Positions 38,960 to 51,679 are shown, counted from the first letter of the stretch. The stretch is 64,000 nucleotides of DNA from Blastocatellia bacterium (GCA_963765495.1 CAVXWP010000010.1:32001-96000); one strand, 5' to 3'. Numbers and translations are program-made. The notes: generated by a model from the sequence alone, not told the origin.

Positions 38960-41230
38960 ATGAATTGTGAGATACATTCGGAGAAACCCACCGTGCAAAT
39001 CCCTGAAGGCCAAACCCCTGAAAGCTGGGAAGAAATCTCTGGGCAGTTAACCAAAGGATTTTCAGAGCTAACAACAGACAAACAACTCATAGACAAGGCG
39101 CTCGGCCTGTTGCGGTCGTGGCTGGATGGTTCTATATATGAGCGACAGCGGGAGGCGGCACTCGCTCATATAGCTTCCGGTAAATATGCTCTCCTGCTCG
39201 ATGCCTTTTATCAACTGGTCCCGTTCGGCACGGGAGGAAGGCGGGGGCGAGTGGGATACGGGCCTAATCGGATCAACGAGGCCACAGTAGCGCTTTCGGT
39301 ACAGGGGCATTGCGATTATCTGAAAAAGGCTTTCCCTTCCACCCCGTCGCCTCTGGTCGTGGCGGCATTCGACACGCGGATTTTTCGCGACATCGCGGGA
39401 GCATACGAATTCCTGGGCTCCGATCACCCGATGCTCGGATTGACTTCGCGCGAACTTGCGCGGCAGGCGTGCGAAATATACGCGGCCAACGGATTCACGG
39501 TCTTTGCGCCACGCCAGGAATCCAAAACATCCTTTCTCGCTACGCCCGAGCTATCGTTTGCCATCAGACATCTGAAAGCCGTCGGCGGGGTCAATATGAG
39601 CGCGTCGCACAATCACCCGGATGACAACGGATTCAAATTCTACAATCATCAGGGCGCTCAGGATATACCGCCCGAGGATGAATACCTCGCCTCTTTTATG
39701 AACGATGTAAAAGAGATTCATCGCCTTCCTTTTGAAGCGGGTGTCGAGCGAGGTTTTATCCGCGTGCTGCCCGATTCCGTGCACGAGGCCTACATACAGA
39801 CCAATCTCGGATTGCAATCGAAGGGGCCGTCTTCAAACGCGCTGATAATTTACACTCCGCTCTCAGGCACGGGCGATTCGACCGTAGGCGACACATTACG
39901 CGCGGCGGGCTACAACATAGAACTATTCAACCCGCACGCAAATTTTGACGGTACATTTTCATCCGTCCCCTTTCGTCTGCCAAACCCCGAAGTGCGCGAG
40001 GCCGCGACTCCAGCTCTCGAAACAGCGGAGGGAAAAGGCGCGTGGATGGTGCTCTCGACCGACCCCGACGCCGACCGCGTAGGCGTTTACGCCCGTACCG
40101 CAGACGGAGAGTGGCGATACCTGACCGGCAACGAGATAGCCATGATTCTGGCCTATTACCTGACGCTCGATAAGAAACGCGGCCCGCAAAAAACCGGCCT
40201 GATCATAAAGACGCTTGTGACCACTCGCGCTCTCGAAAATATAGCTGAAAAGGCCGGGTGCAAGATCGTCTCCGATCTGCTGGTCGGGTTCAAGTATGTG
40301 GCATGGGTGCTTGGCTCGCTTGAGCGGGAAGGGCGGTTCCGAGGCATAGAAGCGCGCCCGGAAGATCTGGTCATTGCGGCAGAAGAGAGTCACGGCATAC
40401 TGCTGACACCTGAGATTTACGACAAGGACGCGGCGGGCGGCGCTCTTATTCTGTCCGAATTGATGACGCAGCTTTATCAGGAAAACATAGGTCTTCCCGA
40501 ATATCTCGACAGCCTGTCAATCGAGTGTGGAAACTATGCCAATGCTGCCGCGTCAATAGTGATGCGAGGCATTCGCGGAACCGAGGCGCTGAAAGAGATG
40601 ATGCGCTCGCTCAGAGCCGAGCCGATAACTTCTCTGGGAGAGTTCCCGGTTTTGAATGTGGTGGATTATCACTCTACGGAAAAATTCGGCCCGTTGAGGA
40701 GCGAAACCGAGCGATTGTCGCGCAACCTGTTGCTCTTCAGACTCGACGGCGCGCAGGTGGTAGTTCGCCCGTCAGGGACCGAGCCAAAGGTCAAGCTCTA
40801 TATAGACGTTGAAGGCAGCAAAATGGTATCGAAGGATGACAGACGCGCGGCTGAAAATCTGGCTCGAAAGATTGGCGGACTTGCCTTCGATGCCTGCATC
40901 GAGCGCATCGGCATAAGGCTTTCTGCCGCCCCTAAGCTCCTGCCCGATCACCTGGACCTCGATCTCAAAAAGGATTTTGATGAAACCTTTGCCCGCGATC
41001 TTGTCGACGCCGCCCCGCGACTTGCTCAAAGCTCCGCCGAGGAAAGGCTTCAATGGCTGAGAAAAAGATTATCGGCTTATGGAGCGGGCGCTGACCCGCT
41101 GGAAGCAACCGACCGCGCCGTGGCCCGCGTATGCAGAACGCTCAAGGAAGAAATGACGGATGAGACGATTCAAAAATTCTTTATCGAATTGGAAGACTTG
41201 CTGATCGAAAATGCAGACACGAATAATTAA
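38960..41230 (+). CDS. phosphosugar mutase (PGM/PMM family) with C-terminal extension
   Basis: FGTGGRRG, SASHN, DPDADR, EESHG, RPSGTEPK; start is ATG 38960 or GTG 38993. Confidence 0.88.
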   Translation: MNCEIHSEKPTVQIPEGQTPESWEEISGQLTKGFSELTTDKQLIDKALGLLRSWLDGSIYERQREAALAHIASGKYALLLDAFYQLVPFGTGGRRGRVGYGPNRINEATVALSVQGHCDYLKKAFPSTPSPLVVAAFDTRIFRDIAGAYEFLGSDHPMLGLTSRELARQACEIYAANGFTVFAPRQESKTSFLATPELSFAIRHLKAVGGVNMSASHNHPDDNGFKFYNHQGAQDIPPEDEYLASFMNDVKEIHRLPFEAGVERGFIRVLPDSVHEAYIQTNLGLQSKGPSSNALIIYTPLSGTGDSTVGDTLRAAGYNIELFNPHANFDGTFSSVPFRLPNPEVREAATPALETAEGKGAWMVLSTDPDADRVGVYARTADGEWRYLTGNEIAMILAYYLTLDKKRGPQKTGLIIKTLVTTRALENIAEKAGCKIVSDLLVGFKYVAWVLGSLEREGRFRGIEARPEDLVIAAEESHGILLTPEIYDKDAAGGALILSELMTQLYQENIGLPEYLDSLSIECGNYANAAASIVMRGIRGTEALKEMMRSLRAEPITSLGEFPVLNVVDYHSTEKFGPLRSETERLSRNLLLFRLDGAQVVVRPSGTEPKVKLYIDVEGSKMVSKDDRRAAENLARKIGGLAFDACIERIGIRLSAAPKLLPDHLDLDLKKDFDETFARDLVDAAPRLAQSSAEERLQWLRKRLSAYGAGADPLEATDRAVARVCRTLKEEMTDETIQKFFIELEDLLIENADTNN

Positions 41231-41260
41231 TATTCGTGCGACAGGCAAATCCAATTTTGA

Positions 41261-42928
<1,668 letters not shown>

Positions 42929-42947
42929 ACAGGACACCAACATTCAC

Positions 42948-43022
42948 TGACAGGATTAACATGATTTGGTAAGACTAAGAATGAATCTTGCTACATCCCT
43001 TTGAATCCTGTTAATCCTGTCA
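42948..43022. repeat. 9-bp-period hairpin (GACAGGATT family)
   Basis: TGACAGGATTAACA...AATCCTGTTAATCCTGTCA; interior GAATCTTG.T.CATCC shared with the 2748 copy. Confidence 0.85.
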
Positions 43023-43052
43023 AAAAATTCAGACTGAAAGAAAAACAAGATT

Positions 43053-45569
43053 ATGCTAAACCCTTTTGCGCATCGCCCATTACCCGAGGGGCTTGAAGGA
43101 TTATCTGAACTGGCTCTGGACCTCCGCTGGACGTGGAGCGAAGCAAACACAAAGCTCTGGGAATTGCTCGACCCGGAGACCTGGGAACGCACGAAGAACC
43201 CCTACATGATTTTGCAGAATGTCTCGCAGGCGCGTCTGGAAGAAGCAGCCCGCGACGAACAGTTAAAGCAGGAATTGCAGGTCTGGCTTGAACGGCGCAG
43301 GCGAGCACTCGAAGACCCCGGGTGGTTTGGTCGCGCTTATCCTCAAAGCCCGCTCAAGAATGTAGCCTACTTCAGCATGGAATTCGGATTGACGGAGGCG
43401 CTTCCCATCTATTCAGGTGGGCTGGGCGTGCTCGCGGGCGATCACCTCAAGACGGCAAGCGATCTGGGCGTGCCGGTACTCGGCATAGGGCTGCTTTACC
43501 AGCAGGGCTATTTTCGCCAGACCATAACGGCCGATCAGGGGCAGCTTGAAGCCTTTCCTTATAACGATCCGACGAGCCTGCCCGTCACTCCTGTGCAGGA
43601 TCAGGCGGGAGGGTGGCTGCGAATAAAGCTTGAGATGCCGGGCCGCACAATCTTCCTGAAGGTCTGGCAGGCGCAGGTGGGAAAGGTCAAGCTTTACCTC
43701 CTCGACAGCAACGACCCGCTCAACCGCCCGTGGGACCGAGGAATCACAGCCAATCTTTACGCCTACGGACAGGAGCGAAGATTGATCCAGGAGATCGTGC
43801 TTGCCCTGGGTGGATGGCGCGCGTTGGAATCGCTCGGCATCGAAATTGACGTGTGCCATCTGAACGAAGGGCACGCCGCCTTTGTAGTCTTTGCGCGGGC
43901 CGTCAGCTTTATGCGCAAAACGGGGCAACCCTTCCCTGTCGCGCTCTGGGCCACGAGGGCGGGCAATGTCTTTACGACTCATACGGCAGTGGCGGCCGGA
44001 TTCGACAGATTTGAATCCTCGCTGCTCAAACAATACGTTCTCAATCTCGCCGATGCGGTGGGCGTGCCCATCGAAGACATATTCGCAATGGGCCGCCAGA
44101 ACCCTTACGATCAAAACGAACCGTTCAACATGGCTTATCTGGCCATCCGAGGCAGTTGCTGCGTAAACGGAGTGAGCCGCCTTCACGGAAAGGTGAGCCG
44201 AAGGATGTTTCAAGTCCTCTATCCGGGCTGGCCTCAGAGCGAAGTTCCCGTAGGCCACGTGACAAACGGCGTGCACGTCCCTTCGTGGGATTCGCCCCGG
44301 TCGCATAGCCTCTGGTCGAGCGTCTGCGGTGATACGCACTGGCTGGGTCTTGAAAGCGAAGAGTGCCCGGCCATCGAAAATGTCAGCGACTCCGAGCTAT
44401 GGAATTTCCGGGCAGCTTCGCGGCTTGGGCTGATCGAATATGTTCGCCGCCGTCTCGTACGACAGGTAAAAGAGCAGAGCGCAACGGCAGAAATCATAGA
44501 GCGCGCCCGACACGTTTTGAATCCGAATGCGCTCACCCTCGGTTTTGCGCGGCGATTCGCCACCTACAAACGGCCTACGCTGCTGATGCACGACCCCGAC
44601 CGGCTTGCCCGCCTGCTTCGCAACTCCGAACGCCCCGTACAACTGATAGTCGCGGGCAAGGCTCACCCTCGCGATGACGCGGCAAAGGCTATGGTGCAAC
44701 AGCTTGCGAGATTCGCGGCGCGGCCGGAGCTTTTCGACAGCGTGGTCTTTCTGGAGGATTACGACATGGTGCTCGCGCACCAGTTGATAGCGGGAATAGA
44801 TGTATGGATCAACACGCCGCGTCGTCCGTGGGAGGCTTCGGGGACGAGCGGGATGAAGGTGCTGGTAAACGGAGGATTGAACCTTTCCGAACTTGACGGA
44901 TGGTGGGCCGAAGCCTACACGCCGGAAGTGGGATGGGCGCTCGGCGACGGCAAAGAACACGAAGGGGTCGAGTGGGATGCGTTTGAAGCCGAGCAGCTTT
45001 ATGACATACTCGAAACACAGGTCGTCCCTCGTTTTTACGAGCGCAATCAACAGGGCATTCCCGAAAAGTGGATACACTGCATGCGGGCCAGCATGTCGAG
45101 CCTGACTCCCCAGTTCAGCAGCAATCGCATGATGCGCGAATACGTAGAGCGGGCTTACTTACCCGCCGCCGCGCTCTATAACCGCCGCTCGGGTGACGGA
45201 GGAAGGCTCGCAGTCGAGTTGCTGCACTGGCAAAAGAAACTGGCTGAACACTGGAAGGGGCTGCGCTTTGGAGATATTCGCGTTACCCACGAGGACGACC
45301 GCTGGCATTTCGAAGCGCAGGTGTATCTGGGCGATCTTGATCCTGATATGGTCTGCGTCGAGCTATACGCCGACCCGCTCGATGAGGAAGAACCCATCCG
45401 CGTGATTATGAATCGAGAGGGCGAGATTCCCGGCGCAGTGCACGGATATCTATTCTCAGCCGTAACGGCGGCCACCCGCCCGTCCGAGCATTTCACCGCG
45501 CGTATAGTTCCCAACCACTCGGATGCCTACGTCCCGCTTGAGGAAAATCACATCTTCTGGCAGAGGTGA
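43053..45569 (+). CDS. glgP: alpha-glucan (glycogen) phosphorylase
   Basis: YSGGLGVLAGD, HLNEGH, RRFATYKR, EASGTSGMK PLP site. Confidence 0.96.
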   Translation: MLNPFAHRPLPEGLEGLSELALDLRWTWSEANTKLWELLDPETWERTKNPYMILQNVSQARLEEAARDEQLKQELQVWLERRRRALEDPGWFGRAYPQSPLKNVAYFSMEFGLTEALPIYSGGLGVLAGDHLKTASDLGVPVLGIGLLYQQGYFRQTITADQGQLEAFPYNDPTSLPVTPVQDQAGGWLRIKLEMPGRTIFLKVWQAQVGKVKLYLLDSNDPLNRPWDRGITANLYAYGQERRLIQEIVLALGGWRALESLGIEIDVCHLNEGHAAFVVFARAVSFMRKTGQPFPVALWATRAGNVFTTHTAVAAGFDRFESSLLKQYVLNLADAVGVPIEDIFAMGRQNPYDQNEPFNMAYLAIRGSCCVNGVSRLHGKVSRRMFQVLYPGWPQSEVPVGHVTNGVHVPSWDSPRSHSLWSSVCGDTHWLGLESEECPAIENVSDSELWNFRAASRLGLIEYVRRRLVRQVKEQSATAEIIERARHVLNPNALTLGFARRFATYKRPTLLMHDPDRLARLLRNSERPVQLIVAGKAHPRDDAAKAMVQQLARFAARPELFDSVVFLEDYDMVLAHQLIAGIDVWINTPRRPWEASGTSGMKVLVNGGLNLSELDGWWAEAYTPEVGWALGDGKEHEGVEWDAFEAEQLYDILETQVVPRFYERNQQGIPEKWIHCMRASMSSLTPQFSSNRMMREYVERAYLPAAALYNRRSGDGGRLAVELLHWQKKLAEHWKGLRFGDIRVTHEDDRWHFEAQVYLGDLDPDMVCVELYADPLDEEEPIRVIMNREGEIPGAVHGYLFSAVTAATRPSEHFTARIVPNHSDAYVPLEENHIFWQR

Positions 45570-45572
45570 GAA

Positions 45573-45670
45573 GTGAATCGTGATGCGTGATTAAAGCAAT
45601 TAGCCCGTGAAACAGGAACCGCCCTTAAGTCACGAATCACGCATCACGATTCACGATTCACGATTCACGA
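45573..45670. repeat. heptamer (TCACGAT/TCGTGA) inverted hairpin element
   Basis: GTGAATCGTGATGCGTGA...TCACGCATCACGATTCACGATTCACGA; interior homologous to the 9137 copy. Confidence 0.85.
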
Positions 45671-46411
45671 TTTCCTGTCGAGCCGCTTGAAGACCAGCGG
45701 CAGCGACGCACCGCCCTGTTGCCACTCTCCTGAAATCTCTGCCCCGTCGGCATTCACCTTGCCTTCGAAGGAAGCACTGATCCTGTTTATCTCAAAATGG
45801 AGGGTGCCGTCCTTAAAGGTAATCGTGTCTACAGTCAAATCCTCTACGCCCTGATCGGGGCTGTCTATGCTTGCGGCAAAAGACCCGTCGGCAGATTTTT
45901 TCACTTTGAGCACGACCCTGAGAGTAACATTTACTTCGATGTTTCCCTGCCAATAGCCCTCCAGCCCCTGACCGGGCATTCCTTTATCAGGCGTCGCCCC
46001 GTATGCTTTCCCGGCATTTTGCGAAGGATCAACGCGTTCCAGTGTGAAGGGCAAGGTTTTGTCTCCATGAGCCATGTTCCCTGAGATAGTCTTGCCGTCC
46101 TGAGCGAGCGTACCCTTGAAAGCAGTATCGCCCGCACCTTCGGCCATGACAAAGGAGACGGACGAACCTTCTACGGATATATTGCTGAGCGCAAAATCCT
46201 TCAACTGCTGGCCGGGAATGTCTATGGTCCCTGACCAGTTGCCGTCTTTTTTCGAAAGATCAACGGCGATACTCACCTTTACGCCGTTCGCGTCGATGTG
46301 GCCTTCCCAATGCCCCGAAGCATCCGCCTGTGACTGAGCCTGCATTGAAGAAATAGGACACAACGCCGCCATTGCCAGTGTTATCAGAAGTGATAAAAAA
46401 CACTTTGTCAT
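45665..46411 (-). CDS. secreted protein with two internal repeats (GxWxG...DxPxQ...F.G...DG..ISG)
   Basis: signal peptide; duplicated module of about 95 aa. Confidence 0.75.
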   Translation of the reverse strand: MTKCFLSLLITLAMAALCPISSMQAQSQADASGHWEGHIDANGVKVSIAVDLSKKDGNWSGTIDIPGQQLKDFALSNISVEGSSVSFVMAEGAGDTAFKGTLAQDGKTISGNMAHGDKTLPFTLERVDPSQNAGKAYGATPDKGMPGQGLEGYWQGNIEVNVTLRVVLKVKKSADGSFAASIDSPDQGVEDLTVDTITFKDGTLHFEINRISASFEGKVNADGAEISGEWQQGGASLPLVFKRLDRKS

Positions 46412-46510
46412 TTAAATAGTTCCTTTCAGAATTTTCCGTTTACAAACAGGGTCGGAAATCACAATTCATCCTACCCGGGCGATACGTGCTCTGCCAAAGC
46501 AGAAACCTCA

Positions 46511-47314
46511 TCAGGTGGTCGGAACCCTGCGTTCAGAGCGAGCCGCCTCTTGCGATTCCGGCTCATCGTAAAGCAGGTGGCTTTCGGCAGAATTCGATTC
46601 TTCGATTTGAGATTGACCGCCTTCAGCGATTATCGTTTCAATGCGATTTGCCAGTTTCGTCAGCTTGAGTTTTTGAGAACGACTAAAAATCCCCCAGGCA
46701 ATCCGCACGAGCAAATGCAAAGAGGTAATCAGGGCAATGGCCGCAGGCCATTCGATCAATGGTGATAGCTTTAAGACCTTCATCAAGACAAGGGACATGA
46801 GGGCGCTTACAAGAAAGGTAACCAGATAAGAGACATAAGCGCCGCCTTCAGAGTTATAGTTAATCTGAATTTTAGTCTGTCCGTCGCGTGGGCTGAGCGT
46901 GACTTGCGTGTGTGTTGCGTCTTCTCGTTTGTGGGTCCATTCCAGCGAGTTGCCGAGTTTACCGATTTCTCCCAACTGCCCCTGCGCGCGGCGAATCTCC
47001 TGCACAATCATCTCCCATTGCTCATCGGTCACTTCGCCTTCGATTACTCGCTCTATCTCTACGGGGACGGAGCCGGCCAGCAGACTCTTCTCCTCAGCAC
47101 GGTCATCGCCTCTGTCTATCTCTAATACGGCTCTCCGAATATAGCGCGGGTCAACGCCTACCTCGGCAGCGATCTGCTCGATATCACCTATAGAAGCGCC
47201 TCTATCAAGGAGGTTCGCCCGGCCTTCGGATTCCTGTAGATCGGTGGCTCGTTTGATTATGCGGCCGACTTCCTTTTCGTTATAACGCCGCCTGTTTCCC
47301 GGTTTATCAGACAT
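46511..47314 (-). CDS. hypothetical membrane protein
   Basis: RRYNEKEVGRIIKRA N-terminus, two C-terminal TM helices, AGGAGG RBS. Confidence 0.75.
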   Translation of the reverse strand: MSDKPGNRRRYNEKEVGRIIKRATDLQESEGRANLLDRGASIGDIEQIAAEVGVDPRYIRRAVLEIDRGDDRAEEKSLLAGSVPVEIERVIEGEVTDEQWEMIVQEIRRAQGQLGEIGKLGNSLEWTHKREDATHTQVTLSPRDGQTKIQINYNSEGGAYVSYLVTFLVSALMSLVLMKVLKLSPLIEWPAAIALITSLHLLVRIAWGIFSRSQKLKLTKLANRIETIIAEGGQSQIEESNSAESHLLYDEPESQEAARSERRVPTT

Positions 47315-47581
47315 CTGTGATCCCTCCTGATTTCCGTATCGGCCTGGTGTAGACGCTCAGGTAAAAAATAATCAGACAGACTCATCTCAACAAAGAGTTG
47401 AGATTGCAGACATAATAGTTCCTCCCCGCGTTTCTGACAAATACTCACAATATTCCAGGATGTAGAAATTGACGCCTGTTGCTCGTAAGTCAAATACTGA
47501 ATGGCTCTGGTCGACGCTGAGTTCAGGCTTTTCGCTGGCGAGTTATGGTAGAATCCCTCCAGTCCCAACAGGAGAAACGCT

Positions 47582-50194
47582 ATGACGACTCAAATCGAAT
47601 TTACCCTGAATGGAGAGAGTCGCTCACTGGGTGTCGAAGATGATGCTTCGCTGCTTGAAGTGCTCCGCGACCATTGCGGATTGATCTCGCCCAAAGACGG
47701 GTGCAGCCCGCAGGGGCAGTGCGGCTGCTGTACGGTGATCGTTGACGGGCGGGCGATAGTCTCTTGCGCGATGCCTGCAAAAAACGCGAGCGGTAAAAGC
47801 GTGCTGACGCTCGAAGGCTTCTCTGAATTTGAGCGCGACAGCTTCGCAGAAAGTTTTATCGAAGGTGGTGGTTTGCAGTGCGGATTTTGCACGCCCGGAA
47901 TCATCGTCCGCGCGAAACAGTTATTTGAAAAAGAACCCCACCCGACCGACGATCAGATCAACCGAATCCTGAGCATGCATCACTGCCGATGCACGGGCTA
48001 CGTCAAGATCGTAGACTCTATCAAGCTTGCGGCAAAGGCGCTGGCCGGAGAACCAGTCGAGCCCAGAGACGGGTCAGGACGAATAGGATGTCGCACTGCT
48101 CGCTATGAAGCGCGAGAACTCGCGCTCGGAGACAGGCCCTTCATAGACGACATGTCATTTCCAGAAATGCTTCACGGCGCGGTCTTGCTTTCGGCTCATC
48201 CTCGCGCTCTCGTCCGGCAGATCGATGCGAGCAAGGCGCTTGCGATGGATGGCGTATTTGCAGTCATCACCGCCCGCGATGTACCGGGCGAACGGTTTCA
48301 GGGTTTGATCTATAAAGACTGGCCCGTATTCATAGCCGAAGGAGAAGAGACTCGCTATGTAGGCGATGTGATCGCGGCGATTGCCGCTCTTGACCGCCGT
48401 ACGGCCCGACGTGCCGCTCAGGCGATAGAAGTCGATTATGAAATCCGCGAGCCCGTAACTCATCCCGAAGACGCGCTTGAACCCGACGCGCCAAAGCTGC
48501 ATAAGAAAGGCAACCTCCTGAGTAAATCCGAGATCAAGCGCGGCGATGTCGAAGGGGCTCTCGCCGGTTCGGCTCACGTGGCTTCGCATACTTTCGAAAC
48601 CCAGTTTATCGAGCACATGTTTTTGGAGCCCGAATCCTGCATCGCTCTCCCCGAAGGCGAATCGCTCAGGGTCTACACTCAGGGGCAGGGAGTCTTTGAC
48701 GACCGTCGTCAGATAGCATCCTGTCTGAACCTGCCCGAAGACAAAATATTTGTCTCGCTCGTCTCCAACGGCGGCGCATTCGGCGGCAAGGAAGACATGA
48801 GCATACAGGCTCAGACTGCCCTGCTTGCCCGCATCACCCGCCGCCCGGTAAAACTGACACTCAGCCGCGAAGAGAGCCTCAGGCTCCATCCCAAACGCCA
48901 TCCTATCAAAATGGATTACACCGTAGGGTGTGACGGCCAGGGGCGGTTGACCGCTGTCAGGGCGCACATGATAGGCGATAAGGGGGCGTACGCCTCGGTA
49001 GGTTCCAAGGTGCTTGAGCGGGCCGCCGGTCACTCGACAGGCCCTTATAAAGTAGACAATGTCGAAATCCTGTCGCTCGCGGTTTACACCAACAACCCGC
49101 CTTGCGGAGCGATGCGCGGATTTGGAGCCAATCAGGCGGCCTTCGCCATCGAATCCATGCTCGACATCCTCGCCGAAAAAGTTGGAATAGACGGTTGGGA
49201 AATGCGTTACCAGAATGCGCTCGACGTTGGAGACAGATTCTGCACGGGGCAGGTATTGGAAACGAGCGTGGGTCTTAAGAAGACGCTCGAAGCCGTAAAA
49301 GATATTTACAAAACGGCCCGGTACGCGGGCATTGCCTGCGGCATCAAGAACGTAGGCATAGGCAACGGCCTGCCCGAATACGGCAAGGCAATGCTCGAAG
49401 TGCACAACGACGGCACCGCAAGCATCTACACTGGGTTCACAGAGATGGGACAGGGGCTCTTTACCGTGCTGATGCAAACCGCCTGCGAAGAGACGGGGCT
49501 GCCGCCGGCAGTATTTCAACAAATCTCTGCCGATACAAAATATGATCTGGATTGCGGGCAGACGACCGCCTCGCGGGCTACGTTTCTTGGTTGCCGCGCC
49601 GTACAGGAGGCGGCCCGAAAGCTCAAGCGCGATTTAGACCGCGCGCCGCTTACAGAACTGGCGGGCCGGACCTATTACGGCGAAGTAAAGATCGCCGATA
49701 CCGTATCGCTTGAAGCCAGGGTTGAAAAACCGAAAACACATTTTGCGTATGGGTTCGCCACCCAGGTCGTCCTGCTCGATGATGACGGGATAATCAGGAA
49801 AGTCGTGGCTGCGCACGACGTGGGCAAAGTAATAAACCCGACGCTGCTCGAAGGGCAGTTGGAAGGCTCGGTTCACATGGGATTGGGCTATGCCCTGACC
49901 GAAGAGTTCAAGGTAGAAGACGGCATTCCGCAAACGATGACCGTGAATTCTCAAGGGCTGCTTCGAGCCAGACACATGCCGGAAGTTGAATTGATTATGA
50001 TCGAAGACAAGCACCCGGACGGTCCTTACGGCGCGAAGGGCGTTGGCGAAATAGGTCTTGTCCCGACTGCCCCGGCTGTGGCCGGAGCGCTTTACAGATT
50101 CGACGGCATCAGGCGTTTTTCACTTCCGATGAAAGATTCACCGGCAGCCCGCTTTGTGCGCGGTGGTCGGTGGTCGGTGGTCAGTGGCCAGTGA
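47582..50194 (+). CDS. xanthine dehydrogenase-family protein, fused 2Fe-2S + Mo-cofactor domains (selenium-dependent XDH type)
   Basis: GCSPQGQCGCC, QCGFC, CRCTGY, GGAFGGK, AMRGFG, AKGVGE. Confidence 0.88.
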   Translation: MTTQIEFTLNGESRSLGVEDDASLLEVLRDHCGLISPKDGCSPQGQCGCCTVIVDGRAIVSCAMPAKNASGKSVLTLEGFSEFERDSFAESFIEGGGLQCGFCTPGIIVRAKQLFEKEPHPTDDQINRILSMHHCRCTGYVKIVDSIKLAAKALAGEPVEPRDGSGRIGCRTARYEARELALGDRPFIDDMSFPEMLHGAVLLSAHPRALVRQIDASKALAMDGVFAVITARDVPGERFQGLIYKDWPVFIAEGEETRYVGDVIAAIAALDRRTARRAAQAIEVDYEIREPVTHPEDALEPDAPKLHKKGNLLSKSEIKRGDVEGALAGSAHVASHTFETQFIEHMFLEPESCIALPEGESLRVYTQGQGVFDDRRQIASCLNLPEDKIFVSLVSNGGAFGGKEDMSIQAQTALLARITRRPVKLTLSREESLRLHPKRHPIKMDYTVGCDGQGRLTAVRAHMIGDKGAYASVGSKVLERAAGHSTGPYKVDNVEILSLAVYTNNPPCGAMRGFGANQAAFAIESMLDILAEKVGIDGWEMRYQNALDVGDRFCTGQVLETSVGLKKTLEAVKDIYKTARYAGIACGIKNVGIGNGLPEYGKAMLEVHNDGTASIYTGFTEMGQGLFTVLMQTACEETGLPPAVFQQISADTKYDLDCGQTTASRATFLGCRAVQEAARKLKRDLDRAPLTELAGRTYYGEVKIADTVSLEARVEKPKTHFAYGFATQVVLLDDDGIIRKVVAAHDVGKVINPTLLEGQLEGSVHMGLGYALTEEFKVEDGIPQTMTVNSQGLLRARHMPEVELIMIEDKHPDGPYGAKGVGEIGLVPTAPAVAGALYRFDGIRRFSLPMKDSPAARFVRGGRWSVVSGQ

Positions 50195-50264
50195 ATGTAA
50201 AAGAAGCCACGAATTACACGAATTCGCACGAATCATTCGTGGTTATTTGTGTTTATTCGTGGCT
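50161..50264. repeat. heptamer array (CGGTGGT) followed by 9-bp-period CACGAAT hairpin
   Basis: CGGTGGTCGGTGGTCGGTGGTCAGTGG; AGCCACGAATTACACGAAT...TTTATTCGTGGCT. Confidence 0.8.
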
Positions 50265-50284
50265 ATATTTCTGTTCGACTTACG

Positions 50285-51679
50285 CTAGCCTCTCAGTTGG
50301 ACCGAGTTGGCCATTGTCTGAAACGTTCTCTGGTAATTCCCGAAATCATCGCGCGGCGCAACGCCTATTATATAGAAAAGCTCGCCGTTACCAAGCATCG
50401 TCGTATAGACTCTTATAGTCTCTTCTCTTCCGGTCACATCCGATATATTGCTCATCGTGATGGTCAGTCCGTCTTGTCCATCTATAGTGCTGCGTAGATA
50501 GCGACTCTGCTGACGCAGGTTGGGGTTCCCCTGTCCGAGCGATCTGATGAAATCATCCGTAGCCCGTTGCAGATCGTTACTTTGCACGCGTGCGACTCCG
50601 ACCATCGCGCCGTGGGTAAAAATGAACTGCCCGTTTACCTCTCCATATGCGCCTTCGGGAGCAAACGTTATGTTGTTGTTGCTCGGCAAATCGCGCCAGT
50701 TTTCAGGCACGTCTATGCGAAAGGCGTTTCCACCCGTGTATGTGCGATACCGCGATGACGGGTAGGAGACGCGGCCCGTCGGCTGGCGGCTCGGGTAGCG
50801 CTGATTACCCTGCGATATATCCTGCATCGAGCGAGCGCGAGGCATATCCCGCAAACGGGCTTGAATGCGTCGAAAGTCGTTTGAATCTCCGATGGGATTT
50901 CTCACTTGCAGCAATCGAGCTTCCTGATTGATGGTCTCGTAACGATTTCCGGGGTTCGGGTGCGAACTGAGCCATTCCGGCCCGCCGCCGCCGCTTGTGC
51001 GCTCGATAATGCGGAACATCTCGGCCAGATCGCGCGGGTCATATCCGGCGTTCGCCATTATATGCGAGCCAAGCAGGTCGGCCTGTTTTTCATATGACCG
51101 GCTGAACTTTAAGAAGTAAGCGCCGATGCCCAACTGGCTGCCCTGCGAGATTACGCCGCCAAGACCGCCGCCTATTATGGCTCCCAATATAGAACCCGCG
51201 GCCTGTCCTATGGCGTACTTCTGAGCCTTGGCCGCCTGTGCCGTTCCGTGACGCAGGGCTACGTGGCTTAGTTCGTGCGCCATCACGCCCGCTAATTGAC
51301 CTTCGTTTTCCGCTGCTTCTATCAAACCACGATTCACATACATAAAACCGCCGGGCAAGGCAAACGCGTTGATGTCGGTCGCATTAACCAGCTTGAAGGT
51401 ATAGCGAAACTCCGGGTGCTGGAACTCTCGCGGGATCGCTTCCACGAGTCGCTGGCCAATTCGATCCAGATAATTTTCAGCCACGCGATCATTCATGATC
51501 GGCAACTGGCGCTCGACTTCCTGCGCCGCTTCCCGGCCAAGCTCTACATCCTTGCTTGGAGCGTAAGGATTCTTTGGCGCTTCTATTCTGGTCTGCGCCA
51601 GGACTCCTAAAGGCAATGAGAGCATAGCAACAATCGCCAGAAGGCTTACGCTTGAAGATAAATTCCTGATTCTTTTCAT
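50285..51679 (-). CDS. secreted M48-family zinc metalloprotease (BepA/YfgC-like) with C-terminal domain
   Basis: INAFALPGG, AHELSH, FSRSYEKQAD, LSSHP; ATG 51679 with GGAGG. Confidence 0.92.
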   Translation of the reverse strand: MKRIRNLSSSVSLLAIVAMLSLPLGVLAQTRIEAPKNPYAPSKDVELGREAAQEVERQLPIMNDRVAENYLDRIGQRLVEAIPREFQHPEFRYTFKLVNATDINAFALPGGFMYVNRGLIEAAENEGQLAGVMAHELSHVALRHGTAQAAKAQKYAIGQAAGSILGAIIGGGLGGVISQGSQLGIGAYFLKFSRSYEKQADLLGSHIMANAGYDPRDLAEMFRIIERTSGGGGPEWLSSHPNPGNRYETINQEARLLQVRNPIGDSNDFRRIQARLRDMPRARSMQDISQGNQRYPSRQPTGRVSYPSSRYRTYTGGNAFRIDVPENWRDLPSNNNITFAPEGAYGEVNGQFIFTHGAMVGVARVQSNDLQRATDDFIRSLGQGNPNLRQQSRYLRSTIDGQDGLTITMSNISDVTGREETIRVYTTMLGNGELFYIIGVAPRDDFGNYQRTFQTMANSVQLRG

